The notes beneath the pieces were generated by a model. The model saw nothing but the letters and a program-made list of their open reading frames with translations, did no database searches and was not told the DNA's origin. Shown piece after piece: positions 50,505-64,000 of a stretch of DNA of 64,000 nucleotides (within the stretch, counting starts at the first letter, position 1; the number at the start of each line of letters is the position of its first letter). Source of the DNA: Lama glama. Taxonomy: Eukaryota. Made by a program: the position numbers and the translations under genes. The DNA lies in contig CM052817.1 of assembly GCA_028534125.1 (NCBI GenBank), forward strand, positions 102,364,001 to 102,428,000, read 5' to 3'.

Positions 50505-51960
50505 AGCAGAGGTATATTCACAAAAAAGCTAGTGGAGCTTAAACTCCAGGGCCTCTCACTTACACAGCCCCTTCTGGGGCTCTACTGTTGTGCTCACATA
50601 GTCAGATATTTTTGTAAATTTTCTAAGAGTAAGATGTTTTATCTGTAAGAATATTATTATCTCTTTCCACTTTTCCCTTTCATCAAACTTTTCCATTGAC
50701 TGTGTTTCTGTGCCCCCCAGCCTGATCTGTGTCTGGTATTGTCAGCCTTTGTGGTGTCGGCTGTGTGACACATAGTCTACAATAGTCCTGCCCAGCCACA
50801 CTGACTCACCTAATTTCACGAAGTGGACAGTGGAGCCAGAAGTTTAGTTGCTGTGTTGAATGGTCCAGCATCAGAAATACAGCGTAGTGGAGGAGAAGCA
50901 GATTTGAAAGGTGTGCAGGCAGAAGCTAGTCCATATGTGGAAAAGTCTTCTAATCATTACGTGCATAAAATTCATCAAACATGTAAAATTCGTTAGGCCT
51001 GTAGGCAGAATTGAATTCTCACTGTCACCTAGTCAAAACTAGAGGTTTTATATTCCTTTTATATTTTATATTCCCTCTCAGAAATATAATTGACAGTGAA
51101 ACATCTGTAATTATAGTAGCACACCAAAGTGAAATTACTCTGAATATATTTCTATGTGTGATCAATAGATACTCTTCTATCAAGAATTAAATCATAAGAA
51201 ACTTGCAGACCAAGTCGAAAGCAGTCATTCATTGAGAGAGAGAAATTTCGAATAGAAAGTAATTAATTAAGTGATGTAATGAATCATATGAACACATTAG
51301 GAAAAGATCTAACTTTCTCACTGATTTGACAACAAATACTTCCATCAGTAAACTAGCAAAAACCTCATAACACCCCACAAAGTGAACCATCAGTGACAAG
51401 CTGGTTGAGTGTTGTCATAAAGCACTCAAGATTAACTTGCACAAGAGAATCAAAATGCCCTGAAATCTTACGACTCAAGCATGAAAGAGACTTCTGTCCC
51501 AAACTTAAACTTACGGGACATAAAAGAGTTGTGAAGCTGAATATTTTTTGCAAAACTGTTAATGGTAAAGAATACGTTTTAATCTGCTGTGCTGAAGAAA
51601 TGACTGAAAAACCTTTGGACTATTTACATAGAAATTTAAAATAGTATTTGCAATTGCGTTTGTATATATTTGCATTTATATTTACATAGAAATTATTTGC
51701 ATTTGAAGAGGTGATCAGAGTATGCAGCACAGAAATGTAGGAAAAGATATGGGAGAAGATACTAGGCAATAAATTAATAAAAAATTATACTTTCTTCTAC
51801 ACCGTGATATTAGTGGCACTTGTCAGCTTTCTAAAATTTTATAACTTGTGATTTTTTTCTCATTCATTTTCATATCTGATTTTATAATTTATTATTTTTC
51901 TCAACAGATTTTCTGCAAATTCTATTAGCTTCAGGCCTTCTGATACCTGGATCAGCTCCA
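50505..51960 (+). mobile_element. Decayed hAT DNA transposon (Tip100/Zaphod-MER115-like)
   Basis: Termini recalled as Zaphod/MER115-like (aagctagtggagcttaaactccagggcc... / ...agcttcaggcc...cctggatcagctcc); internal remnants resemble the hAT C-terminal ER.FSKL and EEVI..YA..KCRK motifs. Confidence 0.5.
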
Positions 51961-54900
51961 CTTCTAATTAATGATTCTGCTACTTGATTTTTAATGTCAA
52001 AAACAAGTTAGAAAATGTTTTAAAGCCTCAGTTCCTTCTCTTTTTTGAGAACAATAATGAATAATGAATAATGCTTGCCCAGATACCCTACAGGGTTATC
52101 AGGTTCTCAGAGAAAGACAGAGGGAGAGGAGAGAGGGGAAGTAAAGGGAGAAGGGAGGGAAGGAGGGAGGGGGGAAATAAATGACTGTATGTTGTGGACC
52201 ACAAAGCAACGTGCATGAGCAAGACATGAGGTGATCTCAGTGAAACCCTGCCACAGTATATGGCCTCCTCCTGTCTCGTCTTAGCCTGTTGCTCATAATT
52301 TTATCTTTTCCTGGTGGTTTGGTATTGTCATTGTCAACATATGACCTGCACAGCCTGACTCTTTAGAGTGTCCATTCATTTTCAGGTTTAAGAAAACTAA
52401 AATCCCCAACTTGATTCAGTCACTGTATTTTGTAGATTCTGATGCAGCTGAAAACAATTTACTAAGTGATACTGAATTTGGGAAGGAGTTCAGGAGTTCT
52501 GGGGCCTCCTATTTAAAGGTCCTCATTTTAGGCCAAATCTTTCTTACTGTTTCTTCCAATGGAACATTCACAGCACCTCGTCTGCTTTCTAAGGTACAAC
52601 AGGGGATAGTCTGACCGAATGTTACATCAGTGCATAACAAGAGTGACCGGCTTTCTGCTTCCAGTATCTGTGCCTTCATTGCTCAAAGCTCCACCTCTGT
52701 CAGTATCTAGTTCCGCATCTGAGGTGCAGCACCTCATTTCCAGGTACCAAATTCCATGTAGGTCAAGGTTCTTGGTCTCAAGCAGAATTCTAGCTAGTTT
52801 GAGCAGAAACAGATTTACTGAAAGTTATCAAGTGTCTTCCAAAATCTTGGGTGTAACAATTTTAGGTATCCTCAGTCAAACCACACACGCATGCACACAC
52901 AGACGCAGTGGTTCTAGGGAGCCACAGCTGCATCCGGTAGGAGCTGCATGTGAGCCCACCTTGGTTGTCTTGGAAGAACCACATGGCTCCACGCTGTGCT
53001 CCCCAGAAGATACAGACCCCCTGCATGCAGTGATCACGTCTCACTGCTTAGTTGTCATTCAAGTCCTGGCTAGCCACTTCTGCTTGCTGGGGACGTAGGC
53101 CACATGCCTGCACCCTAGCTGCAAGGACACTGAACAATGTTGGGAGTCAGACTGAGTGAGGGTGAGCCAACCTGCAGAATCTTCCAGCATTTCCTGCTTC
53201 CTTGTGAATTCACTGGGAGACTTTAGGCAAGGTACTTAACCTCTCTAGCTAATCCATTAGCCTAATACCTAGCGTGAGGATTTTGGACTCCTTGAATTCC
53301 AAGAGTCCTTATGGTAATACAAATCTGTGTCAGGACAAATCTGTGTCTGTGCTCGTTAGCATTCTGGCTTCCAGTGATGGAATCCTTACACGAACCTACC
53401 TGTGAGAAGGGCCGGGGTGAAGCTGACTTCAGGCTTGTCTGGCTCACCTGACCTCCCACTGTCTGTGTGTTGGCTGTGAAAAACCAGCTTCTTGGTGAAA
53501 CTGGAGAAGCAGCCCCTGACGGCCCCGAGGCTCAGGACCCAGCAACTCTGAGGTTATAGAGGAAAAGGATTCCTCCTTCCCAGAATCCATTTCTCAGTTC
53601 TGGAAGAAGGACTCTCAGTAGCCAGGCTTGGTTTGTGTGCCCACTCTTGTGGCCAGAGGGTAGAGTCTTTACTCAGAGAAAGGGCGTCACACAGGCATGG
53701 CCAGCTGAGAGACTGCTTGTTTTTGAAGCAGTCAGCCGCCTCCGTCTGTGACCCAGGCCGACTCTGAGATCTAGGGTGTCCCTGTAGGTGATGCAGGCTT
53801 TCTTCATTTGTCATCAGGCTTTTATTTTTATGAGTTTCAATGTTGGGCGGGGTTTAATAGAAACAAACAGCATATACGACTGAGCACCTGAATTCATGGA
53901 GCTTACAGTTTTCTGTTTTTTTTTTTATAAAGGTAAAAACAATTAGAGGCTTAGAGGTCCTAGCCATAGACAAACAATATAATGGCTTTAAGGAAAGATC
54001 TGAAATCCTAAAGCAGATGAATACGGAACTTGAAGGATGCATTGCATTGATACAGCAGTGTTTGCCAGGCATTTTGTCCCAAGTCATACTCCCAAGGCAA
54101 ATCACATTTGGCTTGAAACATCATTGGTAAAATATAAAACTGACTTCTTTTTTTCTTGAATTTTTCCCCGTGATCTTTTTTCTTGGATGTTGACTGTGTT
54201 GATATATAGGTAGCATTTTCCTTTGTGAAGTTATGTTATTGTACTGAATACACTTTGTCTTAAGCAATAAGCAGGACAACATAGTCCTTTGGTCTTTTGC
54301 TTTATGAACATAGCTTGTGTAACCTGAAAAAAGTGAGTTTCTCCTTGGGATCAATCTGAATGAATCTTTGTAATCTGAAGCACATGCATATTAAGTAGAG
54401 AAAACTAATTGCAGTAAATCCTGGTAAAAATCCGAATGTTTTAATAATGTCACATTGTTATTTCTGAAGTTACGTGTAACACTGTTACATAAGGGTCTTA
54501 TTTTTAAATTGTTTCAGTCCTGTTGGCCTCTGCTTCTCTGATGATTAAGTTAGACTGGCTTCATTCGATTTTGTTTAATTGAATTTTAAACTGAACATGT
54601 CCATCTCAAAGCTTTTGAATGCATTTTATACCCTTTTCCTTGTGGACAATCCATATAGATGTGGTTAGTGGTTGATACATATTTTGTTTAATTATTTCTT
54701 TTTTGGAACATTTATCGCGATTGGCAATAACCAATTTATTTACTTCAGTGATGATAGAGGATCACTCCTTGCCTTCAAAAGTAGGATTTATCCACACTAG
54801 TAAGTGGAATATAACTCTTTTAATGACAACCAAGATCATTTTAACTTATTTATCCCAGAATTCATGTCGCTTTTTCATTGTAGAGTAAGTGGCTCTTAAA

Positions 54901-55399
54901 AACTAAGTGGGGATCCTTAATATTCCAGCCCACAACCTCTAATGAAAGCCAGTGCCCTAGGGAGAACTGCTGTCTCTATAATGCCAGGAAAATTAAAATC
55001 TTGGCATTATAATCTAATTGAGAAATCTATTTGGAGAGATGGGTTATTAGAGATGAAATGTGTCCTCATGGAACAAAAGGAAACTAAAGACATGAGGGAG
55101 TGGGAATAGGATGTTCTGGAAACACACAGCAGGAGCCTAAATTACCAAAGCAGTGGAAACTTAAACTGAGCATCCAAAGATTACTAGTAGTGATACTCAG
55201 CCTTGTGAAAAGAGTTCTAGTCAGAGGAAACGCATTAACGCTCAGAAGTAAAAGAGAGGTTGGCAGTTTGAAGTTCCCCTTAACAACAGCGGAAGGTTGG
55301 GGTCAGCTGAGGGAGAGGCATTAGGAAACGGATGACAGAAAAGGCTAACCTAGGAGAAGATTAGCTGGGCTAAGAGAAGTGGGCTGATCACGGCCCTTT

Positions 55400-56000
55400 G
55401 GGAGGCTGAATTTACGGGACTGACTAATTAACTGGATTTGAGAAACAAGGGAGAGAGGGGCATCAGAGATGATCCTGGAATCCGGCTTGGAGCCCTGGGT
55501 GGCTGGTGGTGCCACTCACTCACGGAGAAAGAGAACATGGGGGAAGAGGCAGGTTTGGGGGAGTAGGGGGACATTTCAGGACATCTAGCAGGGAGCTGCT
55601 GGAGAGATTCAGATTGAGGAGACAGCAGCGTATACATACTAATTTCATACCAACGTACAGGGGGTTTGCAAAAAAGGATCCTTCAAAAGAGGATTAGAAG
55701 GATCTACCAGAGGAAGGAAGAAAAACTAGGACAGAATGCTTTTATAAAAATTCAAGGAGAGAAAGTGTTTCAAAAAGGACAGAATGGCTGTGGTGTCAAA
55801 TGCTATGCAGAAGTCAGTTAAGATAAGAAGCCGAACAAGTCCCATTGGATTTTGCAGTGAGGATGTTGCTGGTGACCTTGGCCAAAGCACTTTCAGTAAA
55901 ATGCACGGGGCTGAACCCAGATGAAGGGGGTTGAGGAGTGAATGGGAAATAAGGAACTGGAGATAGTGGATGCAGACAGTTCTTTTAAGAAGAATGTTAG
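55400..56000 (+). mobile_element. LINE2-like fragment
   Basis: gtggtgtcaaatgctatgcagaagtc...ggtgaccttggccaaagcactttcagt, typical of L2; another L2-like stretch of opposite orientation at about 59240-59980. Strand is tentative. Confidence 0.55.
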
Positions 56001-57327
56001 TGGAAGGGAGGGTAAAGATAAAGCAGATGCCAGAGGAAGATGGAAGACTGAGGGACAATTTAATGTTTTAAATTTAATACAGGTGAGACTTGAGCGTGTT
56101 AAACACTGGTGATGTGAACTAATTAGTGGAGAGATGAAGTTTGCAGATACTGAAGGCAGGGGGTTCAGTCAGTAGAGGGGCATCCCTGAAAAAGTGGAAG
56201 ATGGATCCGCAGTATTGCTAAGGGACTGGAGAATGGCTTCAGTGTCAGGAATGCTTTCAACTGCAAACAACAGAATACCCAACTACTCATCCTGCCTCAC
56301 TCAAGCAGAGGTTTATTTTTCTCACGTGACAGTATTTTTCTCAGCTAAGCAATTGCTGGCATGGCTCCAGCAGTCAGTGATGTCAGTACTAAGGGGGTGA
56401 ACATCCCTATATTCGTCTTGGCCTTTCCGCTGTGAGCAAGGCAAAAAAAAAAAAAAAAAAAGAGGGAAGGGATGGTGTTGGCTACACTTGGTCCCATAGT
56501 AATCACTAAAGTGTATCCAGAGGCCTCCAGGAGACTTCCGCGTACATCTCATTGGCCAGTGCTGTGTCACTTGACCGCGCCCCTCTACAAAGAAGCCTGG
56601 GGGCACTTTCCCATCCTCAGGTGGAAGGGGTCACGGGAGACAGGACTTGGGAATGGCAGTCAGATCGGCCAAATGTTCTACCACGGAGCAAGGGCAGTTT
56701 TTATCAGTTTGAGAACATGTAGATGGAAGACTTGCCATCTGATGTTTCTGTTTGTTTTGAACTTGGAAATGAGGTCGTCTGCTCAGAGAGTAATGGAACA
56801 TTTGCAAGTGGTGAGAATAGGAAACGCCCTCTTTGGAGATTTAGAGATACTGGGGACTGGGGATTTCTGAGCAACTCTGAGGCTCAGTTGAGATTAGAGA
56901 CCCTGGAGTCCCAGGGCACTACTGGAGGATTGTGTGACTTCTCAGTAAGTGACGACGGGACAGGAGGAATGTTATTCTTCCCTGTGTATCACATATTTGA
57001 TGCATATAAAGTGATTGCCCTATTTAATCATTTTTATTTTGAATTCTGCTTATATGAAATGCATATGGTTACTCTTTTTAAATTTTTAAGATTATGCTGT
57101 ATAAATCATTACCTCCCTGTAGGTATGTCTGTTATAGATTTACCTACCGATGTTGGAGGAGGTTAATAACATATACATTCCTGTGGATTTTTTTTCCAGC
57201 TTTTTATTTTGATAGTTTTCAGATATATAGAAAACTTTAAAGACTAGTAGAATGAATATCTTTATCACTAATTAACACGTTCCCACATTTTCTCCTTTCT
57301 CTGTCTCTTTGTCCTTTCTCTCTCTCT

Positions 57328-57368
<41 letters not shown>

Positions 57369-57724
57369 GCACACTTTTTTTCCTGAATCATTTGAAACTG
57401 TAAGTTGTAGACAGTGAGACACTTCAGCCCTAAACACTTCCGCATGCATCTCCTAGTAATTGGGACAACCTCCTGTGTGACCACAGCGGCACAATTGCAC
57501 CCTGGAGAATTACCATTAATGTCATCGTCTGATCTTCAGTATGTGTTTACATTTCCCGGTTGTCCTCAAACTGTCATTCAACCCAAATAGTCTAAAGGAA
57601 AATATCTGAAAACGATTGTTATTTGTTAAATTACTTTAGCAGATTTTGAAGTGCCTTTTAGCAGTGGTTTAATGTTGAAATTTTGTTACCAGGTGTCAGG
57701 GCTTCCTTACAATCTTTGTAGGTT

Positions 57725-57892
57725 TTCATTTTATTTATTTATTTATTTATTTATTTATAATTTAATTTATTTTGGGGGGGAGGTAATTTACTTATTTAAT
57801 TTCTTTATTTTTAGAGGCGGTACTGGGGATTGAACCCAGGACCTCATGCCTGCTAAACATGCGCTCTACCACTGAGCTATACCCTCCCCCAC
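57725..57892 (-). mobile_element. tRNA-derived SINE (camelid type) with target-site duplication
   Basis: Same SINE body, flanked by taggttttcatttta on both sides. Confidence 0.88.
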
Positions 57893-60044
57893 CCTAGGTT
57901 TTCATTTTAGATGCATACATATATATATCTAAAACCTACATCTATATCTTTCCAGTATCCTTCTGCTTCCCAGTTTAATGATCCACCGTTCCATCCTCCA
58001 TTTTTGACTATGGATGAGTATTGTGTGTTAGATGTAAGTTATCAACATTGTCTCTTCAACCAAATAATTAAAGCCTATACGTGAGTGTATATTACAAACA
58101 GCTACTTCTATTGTTCGAATGATAAATGTGATTTAATATCTGCCCAAGTGGATAAAGTAGCTATTTTATGGTTATATTAGAACTATTAATTAATAAAATC
58201 TAACCCAGCACTTGAGAGGAAGGCATTTCACAGATAAAATCAATTTATGTAACATTGAAAATACTAGTGGTTAATGTCCCCTAGATGAAGGACACTGTAG
58301 AAAACACTGGGTTTTCCTAAATATAATAAAAACATAACTCCTTATCAAGGAACTGGACTTTCTAAAACAACATGGAAATGAACATGTAAATAAAAGAATT
58401 GATTAAAAAATGGAGCCCGTACATTCAGGCTGTTTGCCAAATGCAGAACTGAAATTGAGGATATTTAAACAGGCACAAGTGCCTTGACTTGCATTGTCTC
58501 CATTGAGTTTTCACTTTTGTCTGTTCTTCCCATTTTCTTTGCTATTTCTCCTTTCTCACTGCCTCTCAGTGTTGGAGAGGCCCTGGGTGCACACTGGGCC
58601 AGCCCCACCTCTCTAGCTGTGTTCCCCCTTAAGCTGAGGGATTCTTAACCTGGAGTCCACAGTCCAGGCCTCAGTGGTCTTGAAAGGGAAACACTTCTTT
58701 ATTTTCACGAACCTCTAAATGAACTTTGCATTTCCTGCCATTGCAAGCATAGACAACCAGACTACAGTAATGTTAGATGTATCTGTGACTTCAGTAAAAA
58801 ATTGCAGATATTTTTATCTCATTTAGCTGTTACAGAGATCTTGAAATATTTATGCTCATGACTTCTTTGAAGTGACTGTAATTATTATGCTCACTGTTAG
58901 ATTCCATTATTTAGTTATTAATAAAAAAGATTATTTTACCATAGTGTTAACTTTTAAAATATTTTGATGGCGTATTTTATTGTAATTGGATTTCTTTATA
59001 CCAATTATATACATGAAAATATATTTTAAATATACTTTATTTTATTCATTTAAAATGTCATTCAGGGAAGGAATCTGGGGGTTTTAACTGACTTTCAAAG
59101 GAGTTCACGGCACAAAAGCTTTTTAAGAGTCCATACCCTAAATTGTCTCTAATCGCACAGCTTTCAATGTTATGGAAAATTCTTGCCTCCCAATTTATAT
59201 TTCTTGCCGCAACCTCCCTTTTCCAGCCACTAAACTCATATCTTCAGCTGCCTGCTCAGCATTTCCTCTTGGATGTCTAATTATTACCTCCAACCCACTG
59301 TGTCAGAAACCAAGCTCTCAGGTGTCACTCAGAACCTCTTTTATAGTCTTCTCCCCTCAGTAAAGGGCAACACCATTTTTCTAGTTGCTCAGGCCAAAAC
59401 CCGTGGAGTCACCCTACACTCTTCTCTTCCATGAGCCACATTGATCTAGTGGCAGTTTCACTGACTGTATCATTTAATGTACGTAGGCGCTAACCACTTC
59501 TTACCAGCTTCGCACTGTCCATCCTGGTCCAAGCGATCACCTTCTCCTGCCTGGATTTTTGCAGCAGTGTCCTAACAGCACTCACGACTTCCACCACTGC
59601 CCACCCAACCCACAGCGTAGACGTGTTCACACGTACATGCATACACACACACACACACACACAGTGATCAAAACAGCAGCAAGGATGATCCTGTTAAGAC
59701 ATACTTTAATCAGATTATGTTGCTTCTCTCTTTGGAACTCTCCAGTGGCTTTCCTACTCAAAGGAAAAGCCAAGCCTTTACAATGATCCATGAGGCCCCC
59801 ATCATTTGGCCCCTGACTAACTCCGTGACCCGAGTCCCACCGCACACCCCTCATTCCACTCCCACCACTTCTTGTCATTCCTCCCATACACCAAGTGTGC
59901 TTGCACCTCGTGGGCTTGGCGTTTGGCGTTTGCTGTTCCCTCTGCCTGCGTGGAGTCTACCACACTCATCGCCTTTTTGGTGCTTTATTTTTCCCATGGC
60001 ACTATTATGACCTGAGAAATTAATTATGAATTACAAACTAATTG

Positions 60045-60223
60045 CTTTTTTTGTTGTTGTTTGGTTGGTTTTGCTTGTTTATATTTTTTGGGGGGGAGGG
60101 GAGGTAATTAGGTTCGTTTGTTTGTTTGTTTATTTATTTATTTAATGGAGGTACTGGGAATTGAACCTAGGACCTCATGCATGCTAGGCATGCGCTCTAC
60201 CACAGAGCTATACCCTCCCTCCC
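60045..60223 (-). mobile_element. tRNA-derived SINE (camelid type)
   Basis: Same SINE body; taattgctttttt flanking duplication. Confidence 0.85.
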
Positions 60224-60705
60224 AAATTAATTGCTTTTTTTTGCCTTTCTTCCACCATCAGAATGTAGGTTCCATGCAGGCAAGGACTTCGGTCTCTCTT
60301 GACCACCGTTGTATCCTTAATGGCTACAGCAATGCCAGCCCCTATAGATACTCAGTAAATATTTGTTGAATAAATCATTTCTTCTCTTCCACACAGATTT
60401 TTCACTATCTCTAGGATATGAAGAATATGAAGGTTTTAAAATAAATTATTACTGTTTTAAATCATAGTTGTTAATTGGGAACACACTTCCCATATTAACA
60501 TTTTACTCAGCTCTACATTCAAGTATAGTATTTCCATAAATAGGATTTATTTTTTCAGGCCAACTATTTTTCTAATGCTTAAAGCTATGGTATAGGACCT
60601 TAATTGGGGTCTTATTAAGAAAAGTTTTAGATAGGGTCCTGGGTTCAATCCCTAGTACCTCCACTTAAAAAATACATACATACATAAATAAATAAACCTA
60701 GTTAC

Positions 60706-60805
60706 NNNNNNNNNNNNNNNNNNNNNNNNNNNNNNNNNNNNNNNNNNNNNNNNNNNNNNNNNNNNNNNNNNNNNNNNNNNNNNNNNNNNNNNNNNNNNNN
60801 NNNNN
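60706..60805. other. Assembly gap (100 N) between a SINE tail and a GGAA repeat
   Basis: Run of N. Confidence 1.
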
Positions 60806-63800
60806 GAAGGAAGGAAGGAAAGAAAAGAAGGAAGGAAGGAAGGTCTTAGATACTTGAATTAAAATTGGTGTCCTGAAAAGTTAATTACATTTTAAGTTAA
60901 AGATAACCTCTAGAAATACAAAATTAAAAGAAAATCAGTTGTTATGATCAGCCCATTGCTATTTTAGAACTCTAGGCTGCTCACAGAATTATGTCCCAAG
61001 GGAAAAAAAAATGTTTTTAATGAAGTCTTGTTCATTCTGAATTTTTCTGTGAACATAAAAAATGAGTTCCAATTTTGGTATTTTAGCATTTCTATTATAA
61101 CTACAACAAGAGGCATTAGTGGCAGCTTGTGATATTCCCTATGCTTTCCTTGATTCCAGCCTGCTCAAGCTAGAGCAAACCAGATAATTAGGTTCTGTTA
61201 CTCTGTGATCTCTTCCAGTTCTAGTATTTTGCGATTAAATGGTATCAATGAGTAATGTGCCTTTGGAGAAACAGGATTATACACCCTTAAGAAAAAGCAA
61301 TGTGCCTGCTTTTCGTTAGCTATTACTCATCCTCTTTGACATGAAAAGTGCTAAAGTATAGCAAACTGTAAGATTCTTTGTCTCTTTTCAGCCGGGCCCT
61401 ATCAGTGCTGCCTCCAAGGCTAAACTCTTCTTACCCACCATACCCTGTGCTAAACTCCAGTCTGCGTCATTGTCCTCTCTGCCTGGGTTGTTTTGGAAGC
61501 CTGTTGATTTCTTAGTGTCGCTCACTGCCTTTGCAACCTTGCATCTTGTCTCTATGTAAGTTCCAGAGTGAGCTTCCCGCCATGGTTTTCCACGACCATT
61601 ACAGCAGAATACAAACTCCTTCCATGGCCACAGAGCCCCTCTAGGGGACCCTGCCTATATCCCTGACCTCACCCTACCTCTCACCCCACGTTCCCTGCCT
61701 TCTTGCTGCTCCTCAGACACGCCAAGCTCAGGGCTCTTGTTCTTTCTCTTCTGTCCTGACGTCTTCTCATGAGTTAGGTCTCAGCTCAGATGGACCTCCC
61801 CAGAGAGACTGTCTTTAACACCACAACTGAAGCAGCAGCTCCCCTGTCACTCTCAGCCTGTGACCCTACTTCCTGTTATCATAAAACTTACTCCTGTCTG
61901 CAGTTAGATTATTTGTCATGCTTTTATCACCTTCTACAGTGTCAGCTCTTAGAAGACAAATGATTGTTATCATGAACCACCAACTCCCAGCACCAAGAGT
62001 AGTGCCTGGCTCACAGCAGATGTGCAGCATATTTATGTTCAACGAATGGGGGAAGGAACTGGGTGCAAATGGCAGCAAAGTGCTAACTGGGAGAATGTAT
62101 CACTCTAAGCCCTTAGTCTTTAATATGATGGCTAATTCTTATAATAAAATAATTCCATATAATTCATTATCCTGATGCAGATTAACAAGAAAAGATTTTA
62201 AGTGAGTGTCAAAACTCTAAAGAAAAGCCAGAAGTAGATTTTGGCAAATACACACACACACACACACACACATACACATACGTATACACACACACACATA
62301 CACATACATATACACACATATATATTGCTTTACATTACATCCCTGTATTCATTTTTTTTATAACTGGAAGTTTGTATCTTTTGACTGCCTTCATCTCAGT
62401 CCTCGCCCACCCTCTCTGGTTATCACAAATCTGATCTCTTTTTCTGTGGTTGGTTGGTTGGTTGGTTTTTGAAGTATAATTGACCTACAACGCTATGTTA
62501 GTTCCTGTTATACAACATAGTGATTTGATTTTTCTGTGCATTTGAAACTGATCACCATGGGAAGATTCGTCACTAGCCATCACCATACAAAGATGTTACA
62601 GAGTTATTGACCACATTCCCTGCACTGTACATTTCATACCCGTGACTCATTTATTTTGCAGCCAGAAGTCTGTACCTCTTAAGTTTGTGCTCTCTTACTT
62701 TAGACACAGAGGAAGAATTGAATCGGCATGAGCACATACTGGAAATCATTCTTAGATAGATACATTTCTTAATAAGCAGTGCCAAACTTGTAAAGACCAT
62801 AGTTGGTTGTCTTTATTTTTGATTGTTCTAAATACTTGAAAATGTTAATGTGATATTTTTGCTTTTTGCCATTTCTATGTATTTTATTTGCAAACAATCA
62901 TAGAACCCCACGTGACCTGGATAACAGGAGTGTGCGACAGGGACTTACTGTTGGGAGCTGAAGCAGAGTTCTCGAACTGTAGAGTATTTCACTAACAGGA
63001 GGAGAGTAAGACAGACCTGCTGTTGACCTTCATTTCACATGAAAATGACCGGAGTTTGACACCAAAATGACAGCTGGTTAAAACAGCTTGAGATTTCAAA
63101 GTGCTTGAGTATATATAAATATTATGACTGATCTCTTAAGTGTGTTGGAAAACACTTTAAGAAAGGTCCTTGGTTTAACAGTTGGCTACATTCTCCCCTT
63201 TTGTTTGGAGGGAAATATCCTTCCCCCTCCTCCAAAAAAAAAAAGTTTCATCTTCTGGACTTAAAGCAAGTAGAATAATTAAAAACATGTAGTTAAACTC
63301 TACAGAACCAAGACTGGAGGTTCATCCTGTGAATGTGAATGACCACCTTCTGCTCCAAATTAACTTTATGTAAAGAGATGCCAATAGCAATAGTATGTAG
63401 AAATATTTATTTTTGCTGCTTCCTTTTTTACAACGGAACCTGTTAGGGCAAGGAGAAGTCTCAGGGACCAACTGTATGTCATGACAGATCTTTCCTATAG
63501 TCTAGTCTCATGGTGTGCCAAAGGGCACACCTACTATCAAACCTCTGCTCCTTAAAGTTATCTGAGCTTTTAAACAAAATCTCATTCAAGCTACTGTTTA
63601 TGGTGAATATTGCATAATATCTACTTGGGGTCTTCTGTGCAGTTTTCTGTGGACACAGAAAGCTTAGGATGACAGAGTGCAGCGAATAGGAAGCAAGAGT
63701 GATAAACAAAAGCCAGAATGATGTAGTTTTGTTGGTGGACAGACTAGATTATCAGCAGTGCAGAGTTCAGGCAGAAGCTTTCCCATGAAGCTTGTAACGT

Positions 63801-64000
63801 GTCTGAAAGACGTTCGCATCAGTTAATTCAAGAAAGTGGAGTCTGGCTAGAGCCATGTAATCAGAGTGAGTGCAGATCTGAGGGGCGGAGAAAAGGCAGG
63901 AAGTGAAAGAAGAGGGAGACGGCATGGCTGGCTTCGGCTGAGATGCACAGTTTTACTTCTGTGTTTACTGAAAAAGATAGTGAGTCCGCAAGGGGCAGAA

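Noticed and set aside
50715..50760. Possible APGLTGIVGG pseudo-exon (cctgatctgtgtctggtattgtc)
   Set aside because: It lies inside the decayed hAT element, so it is probably coincidental.
52619..57166. ORFs 52619..53098, 56472..56870 and 56723..57166
   Set aside because: No recognisable domain or exon structure; they partly overlap old MaLR/L2-like repeat sequence.

Overview
Mammalian genomic DNA, almost certainly from a camelid: fibrinopeptide A reads [18 protein letters not shown], and tRNA-derived SINEs of camelid type are present. The window has two blocks separated by a 500-N gap. Left block (1-25.2 kb): the 3' half of the fibrinogen gamma gene FGG (exons 7-10, with gammaA and gamma' ends) and the complete fibrinogen alpha gene FGA (promoter, exons 1-6, alphaA and alphaE ends), both on the + strand. 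Right block (25.7-64 kb): FGB, expected downstream of FGA, is not visible. Instead at least 8 spliced, collinear exon remnants on + (28242-48414) encode a decayed AtuA/DUF1446 (acyclic terpene utilisation)-family protein, with frameshifts, dead splice donors and lost conserved motifs. This looks like an unprocessed, possibly unitary, pseudogene that the ORF track almost entirely misses. The rest is L1, SINE, LTR, hAT, MIR/L2 and microsatellite sequence. Family and repeat names come from recalled sequences, not from a database search.
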